A stretch of DNA of 63,770 bases, filler included, from 6 parts of 6 records of this genome joined end to end with filler, not necessarily neighbours in it, one strand, 5' to 3'; shown: positions 30,552-39,937, counted from the whole stretch's first letter. Notes: a model not told the origin generated them from the sequence alone. Program-made: numbers and translations.

Positions 30552-30576
30552 TAATCATATACTGTCCCCGGAATTC

Positions 30577-30645
30577 CAGCTCCCCAAGCGGGATCAGGAT
30601 GCCGTCATGCGCACTATCGACGCTTTCCTATCGAAAGTCGGATAA
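30577..30645 (+). pseudogene. 3' remnant of a probable XRE-family regulator
   Basis: QLPKRDQDAVMRTIDAFLSKVG* begins at the element boundary with no start; resembles the XRE C-terminal helix. Confidence 0.45.
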
Positions 30646-30738
30646 CGCGCACCAGAATGCCGCCTTCCTTCAGCGGCTATCATCCAACATCACCGCGTGC
30701 GGCAAATCCCTCACGCGAAGGCAGAGCCTATGGCGGCT

Positions 30739-31149
30739 CTAAATAACTGTTGGCGGAACGACAAATGTATGACGAATGAAGCTCTTAACCTTTTCTGGGT
30801 TATATCGCTGAACCGCGGACAATGGAATATTTGTCACACCCTCATTAGCTCTGAGAGCCCGCAACATACGGTGCATATAGAGGAGAAGATGTTGTTTATC
30901 GTCATAACCAAGGCGCTTCGCTCGATGCAGCGCTTCTGAAGCTCGGCGAAGATATTGAGCGCACTGCACATGGTTGTCCTGTGCATAAAATGTATATGCA
31001 ATCAACAAACTCTCCGTGCAAATCAAAGGGCGCAGCTTCTGTATCCTAAGTAGGTTTTCTCTACATTTCGCCAGTTCATTCCTCGACACAGCACGAAGTG
31101 CCTTAAAGCGCCACACACGCACCATAAAAGCTGCTTTAAAACTTAACAT
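30739..31149 (-). CDS. Hypothetical helical protein, candidate Rhs immunity protein
   Basis: 136 aa, low GC, starts 20 nt after the Rhs C-terminal stop. Confidence 0.55.
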   Translation of the reverse strand: MLSFKAAFMVRVWRFKALRAVSRNELAKCRENLLRIQKLRPLICTESLLIAYTFYAQDNHVQCAQYLRRASEALHRAKRLGYDDKQHLLLYMHRMLRALRANEGVTNIPLSAVQRYNPEKVKSFIRHTFVVPPTVI

Positions 31150-31168
31150 GACTAATCACCACAGGCGT

Positions 31169-31791
31169 TTAACCCCCCCATCCATCAAATAGTGATGCGA
31201 TATTATCCCAGATCGTTGGCTGGGGAGGAGGTATATCATTAGTAGCTCGGCCAACGTTATTCGTTGCATTTTTGAGCTGGGAAGGAAACATCTGATCTAC
31301 TGTCGCCTGAGCGCGAGCCCGGGCATCATTCCTACTCAAGCCCTGATTGAGAGCTGTTCTCGACGTCGACGTCCCCGTTAATCTCTCAACCTTCGCCACG
31401 TTACTGGCGCTAACAGTTTACTGACATTAGCAGCAGTGCTCGCTTCAGTACCAGCAGCTACTAACTTACTAACCCCCTGAGCTGTCCGTTCGGCAGCACC
31501 AATCCCTTGAAGGGCCCCGGTCACAATAGCCTCAGCTCCTCCAGGCGCGCTCCCGGTCATTGCCACTACTGCAGTTTTCATGGATTCCTGAGTTGCAGGT
31601 GAGAGCCCACTACCATCCCCTGGCACATCTCCACTCTGGCCGTCATCACTCACAAACGTCTCGGCCGACCCCCGCAAGCCTAAAGCATCACTCATGGTCG
31701 AAACAATTGTGTCGCGCACCTTCTCACACCAATCAGTAGTACACTTCCCACTTGGATCGGTGTTATTTATGGGATCATTGTTGGTATAGGC
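31169..31791 (-). pseudogene. Orphan Rhs C-terminal (toxin) module, frameshifted
   Basis: AYTNNDPINNTDPSGK (Rhs core end PxxxxDPxG) is in frame with ORF 31378-31719; continues in another frame (31169-31399); in-frame stop just upstream, no Rhs core. Confidence 0.8.
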
Positions 31792-31839
31792 GCATGTCTT
31801 CCTTGTTCGTCACAGCAGTGGTGTCAGCATCATAAACAG

Positions 31840-31867
31840 AAACCCCCGACCATAGGGCCGGGGGTTT
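31840..31867 (-). terminator. Terminator after the S9 peptidase gene
   Basis: AAACCCCCG...CGGGGGTTT. Confidence 0.65.
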
Positions 31868-31880
31868 GGTGTTTTAGGTT

Positions 31881-33959
31881 CTAGCCTTCAGCGTCGTCGC
31901 CCTCGTCGGCTTTCTCCGCTTTTTCCGGCCCGTGTTTTTCAAACCACGCGAGGATGTTGCCGATCTTTTGCGCCAGATTGCTTGGCTTGGCGGCAATGCC
32001 GTGGCCGGAGCCGGGGATGCGTACCATCACACTGTCCACCTTCTGGAGCTTGAGGGCTTGGTAATATTGCTCCGTCTCCGACATCGGGGTGCGGTAATCC
32101 ACCTCGCCGGTGAGCAGCATGGTTGGTGTTTTCACGTTGCCCACAAGGCTGAGGGGCGAGCGTGCCCAATAATGGTCAGGCGCGTTCCATGGCATGTCCG
32201 GGAACCAGTATTTGGTGAAGAAGGGGCTGAAATCAGCGGTCAGCACAAAGCTGGCCCAGTTGATCACAGGTTTTGCCACAACTGCCGCACGGAAACGGTC
32301 TGTTTTGCCCACGATCCATGCGGTGAGCACACCGCCACCCGAGCCGCCAGTGACATACATCTCGTCTGTGTTCACAGCGCCGGTTTTGATCACTTCATCC
32401 ACCGCGTCCATCAGGTCGTCATAGTCGTTGGACGGATAATTGTGGTGGATGGTATTGGCAAAATCATTGCCGTAGGACGTGCTGCCGCGCGGGTTGCCGT
32501 AAAGCACCATATAGCCTTTTGCCACATACATCTGCACCTCAGCCGAGAAGTGCGGGCCATAAGCTGTGTGCGGACCGCCGTGGATCTCAAGGATCAGCGG
32601 GTATTTTTTGCTGGCGTCAAAGTCCGCCGGTTTTGCGAGCCAGAACTGAAGCGCCCGGCTGTCGGTGGAAGCCGCGAGCTTCACCTCTTCAACGCTTGCC
32701 ATGGCCTTGTGGCCCAGCACGTCGCTATTGAGGTCTGTCAGCACATCAACACGGCCGATGCGGTTCACCACCGCGAGGTCAGCCGGCCTGTCAGGACGAG
32801 AGAGTGTGAAGATCACCCGGCCGTCATCCGCCACGCGGAAATCGCCAGAGGTATATGGCCGCCCTAGTGTCGTGCCGCCCAGCGCGTCGGTAAGCACACG
32901 CCCGCCGCCCGAAAGCGTGGCATAAGCCACCAGCGTTTTGCCCTGGTCGTCATAGCTATAATAAAGGCCCTTACCGTCCGGTGCCCACTGGAAGCCGTTG
33001 ATGCTGCGGTCAAGCTCAGCCGTGACGACAGATTTGCCGCTACCGTCTGTGTTCATCACATTCAGGCGGTTGATCTGGTTCGACATTTTTGTGTCGTCAA
33101 ACCCGAGGTACGCGATGCGCTTGCCGTCCGGCGACAGTTCAGGCGCTGCGTCCGGGCCATCCCGGTCCGTAAGCGCCGTGTAGGCACCGTCTGCCACATT
33201 CACGCGGTAGATTTCCGTGCCAAACGGGTTGAGCTGCCAATCTTCATTGCGGTTCGCGGATACAAAAAGGGCGGAACCATCGGCTGACCAGCTAAGCGGC
33301 CCATTATGGTGAAACTCGCCCGAGGTAATCTGGCGTGGTGTGCCGCCGTCTGCAGGCACTACAAACACGTGGGTGAAGCCGCGCGGCAAATAGCCCGCGC
33401 CGTCCGCCCGGTAGGTTACCTGATCAACAACCTTGGCCGGGCCTGCCCATGAAGCGCCCTTCGGTTTGGCTGGCAGGTTGAAAAGTGGTTTGGCGCTTGT
33501 TGGTACAAACATGGTGAAGGCAATCATCTTGCCGTCTGGTGACCATGCAAGCGCACCGGGGCTGAACTGAAGGTCCGTTACCCGCGCGGTATCACCGCTT
33601 TCAAGCCAGCGCACATAAACCTGCGACTTGCCCTCAACGGCAGACACGTATGCCATACGGCTGCCGTCCGGCGAGAAGCGCGGCATCCGGTAACTGTCTT
33701 TCCCGGAAAGCACCGGTTTATGGCCGCTTCCGTCCAGCCCCACCTGCCAAATATTGGTGCGAGAGCTATCGGTCATGATATCCATTGAGCGGCGCTCATA
33801 AACAACCGATTTGCCGTCGGGCGTCAGCCGCGCACCGGTGGCATATTCAAGGTTGAAGATATCTGTGTAATCGAATGACTTTTTGTCGCCTTCATCAGCG
33901 AGCGCATGCCCACCGCCTGCTGCAAGCATAGCGGCTGCGCAAATAATCCTCATCTTCAT
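31881..33959 (-). CDS. S9 family peptidase (acylaminoacyl/dipeptidyl peptidase)
   Basis: Signal peptide, PD40 repeats (WSPDGK), IHGGPH, GGSGGG, D.RTP, GH. Confidence 0.94.
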   Translation of the reverse strand: MKMRIICAAAMLAAGGGHALADEGDKKSFDYTDIFNLEYATGARLTPDGKSVVYERRSMDIMTDSSRTNIWQVGLDGSGHKPVLSGKDSYRMPRFSPDGSRMAYVSAVEGKSQVYVRWLESGDTARVTDLQFSPGALAWSPDGKMIAFTMFVPTSAKPLFNLPAKPKGASWAGPAKVVDQVTYRADGAGYLPRGFTHVFVVPADGGTPRQITSGEFHHNGPLSWSADGSALFVSANRNEDWQLNPFGTEIYRVNVADGAYTALTDRDGPDAAPELSPDGKRIAYLGFDDTKMSNQINRLNVMNTDGSGKSVVTAELDRSINGFQWAPDGKGLYYSYDDQGKTLVAYATLSGGGRVLTDALGGTTLGRPYTSGDFRVADDGRVIFTLSRPDRPADLAVVNRIGRVDVLTDLNSDVLGHKAMASVEEVKLAASTDSRALQFWLAKPADFDASKKYPLILEIHGGPHTAYGPHFSAEVQMYVAKGYMVLYGNPRGSTSYGNDFANTIHHNYPSNDYDDLMDAVDEVIKTGAVNTDEMYVTGGSGGGVLTAWIVGKTDRFRAAVVAKPVINWASFVLTADFSPFFTKYWFPDMPWNAPDHYWARSPLSLVGNVKTPTMLLTGEVDYRTPMSETEQYYQALKLQKVDSVMVRIPGSGHGIAAKPSNLAQKIGNILAWFEKHGPEKAEKADEGDDAEG

Positions 33960-34204
33960 GAGCGTTCCCTTTTATTCAATCCACCCCACTGTGGTGACGG
34001 GAGACTAGCAGAGCCGGGCCGCTTTTCAAACCCTATGCAAAAAGACCTAAACTATGCAGAAATTGTTTACGAATTCGGATTAATGATGGTGTTCAGGCGA
34101 TGCGGGTTTTATAGGTTGAGGAAGCAGATTTCTGTGGGTGCAGCATTGACGCCCGAAAGCCCTTGCATAACGGGCGCACCCACCGGGGGCCAGACAGGGA
34201 ACTT

Positions 34205-35818
34205 ATGTCAGCATCAGTGGACGAAATTAAAAAAGAGCGTGAGCGTTTCGTGGCATTCGCCTTCGCAGCAGCCGAGCTTTTTTTTGAAATTGACGGTAAA
34301 GGCACCATCGTGTTTGAGGGCGGCGCCGCAGACCGTATCGGCACCGAGCCAGGCAAAAGCCTAGTTGGCGAAGATATCCTCAAGCTGATTGACGAAGACG
34401 ACCGGGATGTTTTCTCGGCACTTTTGATGCACCTTGAGCACAAGGGGCGCATTGGCCCCATTCCTGTACGTTTTTCAACTGGCGGCGGTCGCGGTATTGC
34501 GCTCCGGCTTTTTGCCCTGCGAATGCCAGGTGCCGAAGGTCGTGTTTTCCTGGCCCTTCGCGCGGCCCCTCTTGGCACTGGCGGCAGCACGGAACAGAAC
34601 ACTGATCCTGAAACGGGCCTCCTGAACCGAGACAGCTTTATGGAGCTGGCGTCCCGCACCATGAAAGAGAACCCGGCGGGCAGTAACCTTTATATGACCG
34701 CCATCGAGGTGGACGGTATTGAAGAAGCCAAAGAGCGCTTCGGCCCCAAATATATGCACAAGTTGCTCTCCCGCGTGGCGGCTCATATGAAAACATTGTC
34801 TGTGGACGGTGAGATCGCAGGCCAGATCGACGACCGGCACTTTGCCTTCCTGCACCGTGCCAAAGGCGACGGCAAACAACTTGAAGAATCGCTCGGCAAT
34901 GTGGACGAGAATGTAAAGCTGAAGGCGGCTTATTCAACGCTCGCATCAGACACTGCAGATGTGGCTGAAGACCAGATCTTGCGCACGCTTTCTTATGTGC
35001 TGAACCAGTTCTGCAAAGACCCCGGCAAGGTGGATTTCAAGACACTTTCCTCAGCCTATGAAACCATGGCCGGTGACGCGCAGAAGCGTGTGGTGCAAAT
35101 GCACAATATGATCGAGACCGGCAGCTTCAACATTGCGTTCCAGCCGGTGGTGTCGCTTTCAAACGGCGATATACACCACAATGAGGTGTTAAGCCGCTTT
35201 GATGACCGTATGGGCAGCAGCACCCCGCTTGAGGTGATCAAGTTTGCGGAAGATGTAGGTATCATTGAAGAATTTGATATCGCCACCAGCAAGAAGGCGA
35301 TTGATTATGTGCGCAAGATGAAAAAACTGGGCACGCCGCTGACGCTTGCTGTCAACCTTTCAGGCCGCACGATTGAGAGCGAGCGTTACCTCAGCTCCCT
35401 GATGGACGTATTCAAGAACGCGAAGGATGTCTCGCGCTCCATACTTCTGGAGCTGACGGAAACGGCCGCCATTACCAAGCTTGAAAAAGCCGAGGCTGTG
35501 TTCAGCGACCTTAAGGCGCTCGATTACCGCATTTGCCTTGACGATTTTGGCGCTGGCGCCGCCGGTTACCAATATCTGCGTGCCTTCAACGTGGATTATG
35601 TAAAAATCGATGGCCAGTATGTGCGGGATATGAACAACCCCGGATATCGGCCCACGTTCTTGCTATCGATAGTGCGCCTTTGTGCTGACCTGCGCATCAA
35701 GACCATTGGTGAACATGTGGAAAATCGCTTCCAGGCGGATTTCCTGCGTTCTCTTGGTGTCGATTTTGCGCAGGGTTTCCACTTCGGCAAACCGGACTTT
35801 TCTCCAAAAACCAACTAG
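34205..35818 (+). CDS. PAS-like / degenerate GGDEF / EAL c-di-GMP protein
   Basis: DPETGLLNR; GGDEF position reads IDDRHF; FQPVV, EVLSR, ELTE, DDFGAG, KIDG, QGFHF. Confidence 0.88.
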   Translation: MSASVDEIKKERERFVAFAFAAAELFFEIDGKGTIVFEGGAADRIGTEPGKSLVGEDILKLIDEDDRDVFSALLMHLEHKGRIGPIPVRFSTGGGRGIALRLFALRMPGAEGRVFLALRAAPLGTGGSTEQNTDPETGLLNRDSFMELASRTMKENPAGSNLYMTAIEVDGIEEAKERFGPKYMHKLLSRVAAHMKTLSVDGEIAGQIDDRHFAFLHRAKGDGKQLEESLGNVDENVKLKAAYSTLASDTADVAEDQILRTLSYVLNQFCKDPGKVDFKTLSSAYETMAGDAQKRVVQMHNMIETGSFNIAFQPVVSLSNGDIHHNEVLSRFDDRMGSSTPLEVIKFAEDVGIIEEFDIATSKKAIDYVRKMKKLGTPLTLAVNLSGRTIESERYLSSLMDVFKNAKDVSRSILLELTETAAITKLEKAEAVFSDLKALDYRICLDDFGAGAAGYQYLRAFNVDYVKIDGQYVRDMNNPGYRPTFLLSIVRLCADLRIKTIGEHVENRFQADFLRSLGVDFAQGFHFGKPDFSPKTN

Positions 35819-35827
35819 GCTGCAACC

Positions 35828-36040
35828 ATGTCGCTTGAAAGTACGATTGCCGGGCTCGTTGCCTGCATCCTCATATGGGTATTCGGCTTTATAAAAGAAA
35901 AGCGGCATCAAACGGGTGTGGTGCCCATCATCCCGCCATTTTATATCCAGTTTATCGCCATTGTCGGCGTGCTGGTTTTTGCTGCACATCTGTTTGTGCT
36001 GCTCACCGGCATTGACTGGAAACCACCGTTCCAGCGCTAA
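35828..36040 (+). CDS. Small 2-TM hypothetical protein
   Basis: 70 aa, two hydrophobic helices, 10 nt after the EAL gene. Confidence 0.6.
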   Translation: MSLESTIAGLVACILIWVFGFIKEKRHQTGVVPIIPPFYIQFIAIVGVLVFAAHLFVLLTGIDWKPPFQR

Positions 36041-36041
36041 C

Positions 36042-37037
36042 CTAGAGGTTGGCAAGTTCCTCGATCGTCTCTGGCTTGGGCGCCTCAAACTCAGGCATTT
36101 CAATAGGATCAGGTGCCGCAGCCTCAAACATTCGCCACCCAAGCAAGGTATAGGCTGTTGCCCAGAAACGCGATTTAAAGAAACGCCGTTTGCCGTGCTT
36201 GCCGCGCGCGATCAAAATGCCGGATGGGTGCTTGAAGAGCTTTTTGCTGACCTGTGTGCTTTCCTGAAGAAGCTGGTCTTTTATCACCGACGAGGCCGCA
36301 ACAGCGTGTTTTACCATCGGTTTCATGCCTCGGTGTTGTCGCCGCTTGCCTTTGCGGTGCCGCCACATCTTCAACCACACGAGGGCAATGGCACTGACCA
36401 CCGCCAGAAGGGTGGCAAACATGGCCAGTACATACATCATGTTATATTGGTCACCGAGTTCAAGGCGTTCCACGGTCTCGTCGAACGCGTCACCGGCTGT
36501 GATGCGCGAATCGGATTCGACCCTTCCGTCAGCCGCGAAGCTGAAGATCAGTGCGTCGCGACGATCCAGCGGCGAGACCATACCGTTACCGCCATACACC
36601 GCCACATATCCATTGGAAGCGACGGTAACTCCGTAGAGCGGTTCGCCACTACACTTCACCTTGATGTCGATAAGGTTGGGGCGTGCCGCAAAAACCTGAT
36701 AGTCCGTCGCCCGCGTGCAACGAAAACGGTAAGCGTTGATAAGCTGCGTGATTTTGAGGGCAATCGTCTCCGGCGGCGATCCCCGGTTTACACCAGAGAA
36801 TACATCAAGCGCCATTTGCCTCGGGTCCTGCTCCAGCGAGAGTATACCTTGCGCGCTGACGCGGCCAGATAACAGGCCGACCGTCACAAACATCATCAGC
36901 GCGACGCCTAGTCCCGTCTTCACCGCCCGCATAGTTGTAACGTGGAATGTCTGCAACATCATCTGCGCCCTAAACCCTTCCCAAATAACAGAATGCCATT
37001 GAAATGCATCTTGCCGCTTTGTGCAAGGTTGATGCAA
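36042..37037 (-). CDS. Hypothetical membrane-anchored protein (true start probably downstream of 37037)
   Basis: Signal-like segment, small two-Cys periplasmic domain, one TM, basic cytoplasmic tail. Confidence 0.6.
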   Translation of the reverse strand: MHQPCTKRQDAFQWHSVIWEGFRAQMMLQTFHVTTMRAVKTGLGVALMMFVTVGLLSGRVSAQGILSLEQDPRQMALDVFSGVNRGSPPETIALKITQLINAYRFRCTRATDYQVFAARPNLIDIKVKCSGEPLYGVTVASNGYVAVYGGNGMVSPLDRRDALIFSFAADGRVESDSRITAGDAFDETVERLELGDQYNMMYVLAMFATLLAVVSAIALVWLKMWRHRKGKRRQHRGMKPMVKHAVAASSVIKDQLLQESTQVSKKLFKHPSGILIARGKHGKRRFFKSRFWATAYTLLGWRMFEAAAPDPIEMPEFEAPKPETIEELANL

Positions 37038-37062
37038 TTGGTGAGGAGGTTTTCAGAAGCCC

Positions 37063-37150
37063 AAAAAAATGCGGAACCGCAATCGGGGGAGGACATGCGG
37101 TTCCGCGCGACACAGTCAGATCAAGGGAGCTATTAGGCTGTATCAGCATC
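37063..37150 (-). ncRNA. Candidate small RNA with two anti-SD loops
   Basis: Hairpin GAUACAG/CUGUGUC with loop GCUCCCUU, then an 11-bp stem with loop GUCCUCCCCCG and U7, lying downstream of the separate lepA terminator. Confidence 0.5.
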
Positions 37151-37278
37151 TTCTTTATAGAATGAAGGCTGTTAACAACGGGTAAACAAGCGTCACATTT
37201 GCGCTATTTTCGTCTAAAAAGCGAAAAATTTTCCGCAAGTCCTGAAGCGGCCCTAATTAAATATCTGTAAAATAAAGC

Positions 37279-37309
37279 AAAAAACCGGCCCAGTTACTGG
37301 GCCGGTTTT
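37279..37309 (-). terminator. lepA terminator
   Basis: AAAACCGGCCCAG...CTGGGCCGGTTTT. Confidence 0.85.
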
Positions 37310-37347
37310 CCAACTTTCTTCAGAAATTTTCTCGGGGACCCTGTTTT

Positions 37348-39150
37348 TTAGGTCTCGCGCATTTTCAAAGCGGCAATAAAGGCGGTATGCGGAATCTCCA
37401 CCTTGCCGTACATGCGCATCTTGGCTTTACCCTTTTTCTGCTTCTCCAGAAGCTTCTTCTTACGGGTCACGTCGCCACCATAACATTTGGCGGTTACGTC
37501 TTTACGCATGGCAGAAATGGTTTCCCGTGCCACAACCCGACCACCAATCGCTGCCTGTATCGGAATCTTGAAAAGCTGGCGAGGGATCAGGTCTTTCAGC
37601 CGCTCACAAAGCGCGCGACCACGGCCTTCCGCCTGGCTACGGTGCACCAGCATCGCAAGCGCATCAACCGGCTCGGCATTCACAAGGATGGACATCTTCA
37701 CGAGGTCACTTTCCTGATAGCCCGCCATGTCATAGTCAAAGCTTGCATAACCGCGGCTCACCGACTTGAGACGATCATAGAAATCGTAAACCACCTCATT
37801 GAGCGGAAGCTTATATTTCACCATCGCACGCGTACCCGCATAGGTCAGGTCGGTCTGCTCACCGCGTTTGTCTTCACAAAGCTTTAGCACGGCACCGAGA
37901 TGCTCATCCGGCACCAGAATGGTGGCATTGATCCATGGTTCTTCGATATACTCGATCTTCACCACATCCGGCATGTCTGCCGGGTTGTGCAATTCTTCCA
38001 GAGACCCGTCAGTTTTGTGGATCTTGTAGATCACGCTTGGGCTTGTGGTGATGAGGTCGAGGTCAAACTCGCGGCTCAGACGCTCCTGAATGATCTCAAG
38101 GTGCAACATGCCGAGAAAACCACAGCGGAAACCAAAACCAAGGGCTGCGGAGCTCTCAGTCTCAAATTCAAAACTGGCGTCATTGAGCCTGAGCTTGCCC
38201 AGCGCATCGCGCAGGCGCTCAAACTCAGCACTATCAGCCGGGAACAGGCCACAGAAAACCACAGAGCGGCTCGGCTTAAAGCCTGAAAGCGCCTTCGCGC
38301 ACGGCTTTTTCGCGTCTGTGATGGTGTCACCCACGTTGGTGTCAGCCACTTCCTTGATGGAAGCTGTAATAAACCCAACCTCACCGGGGCCAAGCTCCGG
38401 CACAATCACGCCCTTTGGTGTGAACACACCAACACGTTCAACAAGATGCTCGGTACCCGCTGCCATCATCTTGATGGTCTGGCCCTTCTTGAGCTTGCCG
38501 TCGATGATGCGCACAAGCACCATAACGCCCAAGTAACTGTCGTACCAGCTATCCACCAGCATAGCCTTGAGAGGCGCGTTCGGGTCACCTTCAGGCGCAG
38601 GCAGACGGGTCACGATCGCTTCCAGCACTTCAGCAATGCCGATGCCTGACTTGGCAGAACACGACACAGCTTCAGAGGCATCAAGGCCGATCACGTCCTC
38701 AATCTGTTGGCGCACCCGCTCAGGCTCTGCCGCAGGCAGGTCAATTTTATTGAGAACCGGCACGATCTCATGGTCGTTTTCAATCGCCTGATAGACGTTC
38801 GCCAGCGTCTGCGCTTCCACTCCCTGGCTCGCATCCACAATCAGAAGGGAACCTTCGCATGCGCTCAAACAGCGGCTGACCTCATAGGCGAAGTCAACGT
38901 GGCCGGGCGTATCCATCAGGTTCAGCGTATAGTTCTGGCCATCCTGCGCTTTATATTCAAGCCGCACGGTCTGTGCCTTGATTGTGATGCCGCGTTCGCG
39001 CTCGATATCCATCGAATCAAGCACCTGGGCTTTCATCTCACGGTCGGTCAGCGCGCCAGTTGATTGGATCAGGCGGTCGGCCAACGTCGATTTGCCGTGG
39101 TCGATGTGCGCAATGATGGAAAAGTTGCGTATGTTTTTAAGCTCGGTCAT
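37348..39150 (-). CDS. lepA: Elongation factor 4
   Basis: [46 protein letters not shown]. Confidence 0.98.
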   Translation of the reverse strand: MTELKNIRNFSIIAHIDHGKSTLADRLIQSTGALTDREMKAQVLDSMDIERERGITIKAQTVRLEYKAQDGQNYTLNLMDTPGHVDFAYEVSRCLSACEGSLLIVDASQGVEAQTLANVYQAIENDHEIVPVLNKIDLPAAEPERVRQQIEDVIGLDASEAVSCSAKSGIGIAEVLEAIVTRLPAPEGDPNAPLKAMLVDSWYDSYLGVMVLVRIIDGKLKKGQTIKMMAAGTEHLVERVGVFTPKGVIVPELGPGEVGFITASIKEVADTNVGDTITDAKKPCAKALSGFKPSRSVVFCGLFPADSAEFERLRDALGKLRLNDASFEFETESSAALGFGFRCGFLGMLHLEIIQERLSREFDLDLITTSPSVIYKIHKTDGSLEELHNPADMPDVVKIEYIEEPWINATILVPDEHLGAVLKLCEDKRGEQTDLTYAGTRAMVKYKLPLNEVVYDFYDRLKSVSRGYASFDYDMAGYQESDLVKMSILVNAEPVDALAMLVHRSQAEGRGRALCERLKDLIPRQLFKIPIQAAIGGRVVARETISAMRKDVTAKCYGGDVTRKKKLLEKQKKGKAKMRMYGKVEIPHTAFIAALKMRET

Positions 39151-39248
39151 GGCCGCTACTTGGTACTTCCAAAATAATCGTTCTTGTTCACTATAGGTCG
39201 GGCCGCATTACACGCGGCCCTTCATATTCTCTCATCTGCAGCTGTGCC

Positions 39249-39773
39249 TTAGTAAGGCAAAACCCGGTCAGGTGGGCGGTGTCCGTCCACAAAAGCGCGA
39301 ATATTGATCAGCACCTTCTCGCCCATCGCCATGCGGGCTTCATAGGTCGCAGAGCCCATATGCGGCAACAGCACAACATTATCAAGCTCAAGAAGCTTGG
39401 GGTTGATCTCGGGTTCCTGCTCAAACACATCAAGCCCGGCGCCCGCAATGCGGCCAACCTCGATAAGGTCAGCCAAAGCTTCCTCATCAATAATCTCACC
39501 GCGCGCTGTATTGATGATCACCGCGTGAGGCTGCAGCTTCTTCAGCCGTGCCCGGTCCATCAGGTGGTGCGTATCTTCGGTAAGCGGGCAGTTCACGGAT
39601 ACAAAATCCATCCGGCTCAGCATCTCGTCAAGATCATCCCAATATGTGGCCTCAAGCTCGCTCTCGATATCGGCAGGCAGGCGCTTACGCTTGTGGTAGT
39701 GCACCGCCATGTTGAAAGCCTTTGCGCGCCGCGCGATGGCGGTCCCGATCCGGCCCATGCCAATAATACCAAG
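39249..39773 (-). CDS. D-2-hydroxyacid (glyoxylate/D-glycerate) dehydrogenase, 5' truncated
   Basis: GMGRIG, INTARG, AGLDVFEQEP, LPHMGSAT. Confidence 0.92.
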   Translation of the reverse strand, partial: LGIIGMGRIGTAIARRAKAFNMAVHYHKRKRLPADIESELEATYWDDLDEMLSRMDFVSVNCPLTEDTHHLMDRARLKKLQPHAVIINTARGEIIDEEALADLIEVGRIAGAGLDVFEQEPEINPKLLELDNVVLLPHMGSATYEARMAMGEKVLINIRAFVDGHRPPDRVLPY

Positions 39774-39873
39774 NNNNNNNNNNNNNNNNNNNNNNNNNNN
39801 NNNNNNNNNNNNNNNNNTTAATTAATTAANNNNNNNNNNNNNNNNNNNNNNNNNNNNNNNNNNNNNNNNNNNN
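39774..39873. other. Artificial contig spacer
   Basis: N44-TTAATTAATTAA-N44; GC drops sharply after it. Confidence 0.98.
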
Positions 39874-39928
39874 ACCCTCAACCCCCAGAGCCGAAATCTG
39901 GTACTCTATCCAGTTGAGCTACGGGTGC
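39874..39928 (-). tRNA. tRNA-Arg(TCG), 3' truncated by contig end
   Basis: GCACCCGTAGCTCAACTGGATAGAGTA-CCAGA-TT-TCG-GC-TCTGG-GGGTTGAGGGT. Confidence 0.9.
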
Positions 39929-39937
39929 CGGATTATT

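Larger units (their letters stand above)
29824..30575 (-). mobile_element. 752-bp Y1/HUH transposase element with 18-bp terminal inverted repeats (STIR-type, RAYT-related)
   Basis: AATTCCGGGGACAGTATA (29824-29841) and TATACTGTCCCCGGAATT (30558-30575) are exact reverse complements enclosing one gene. Confidence 0.88.

Noticed and set aside
29824-30575. IS605-type element with tnpB/omega RNA, or an integron
   Set aside because: No tnpB/iscB, no tyrosine recombinase and no attC-like sites found.
31932-32867. 311-aa plus-strand ORF, and similar long ORFs at 8649-9485, 35916-36872, 52223-52882 and 55186-56097
   Set aside because: Antisense shadows of better-supported genes in GC-rich DNA.
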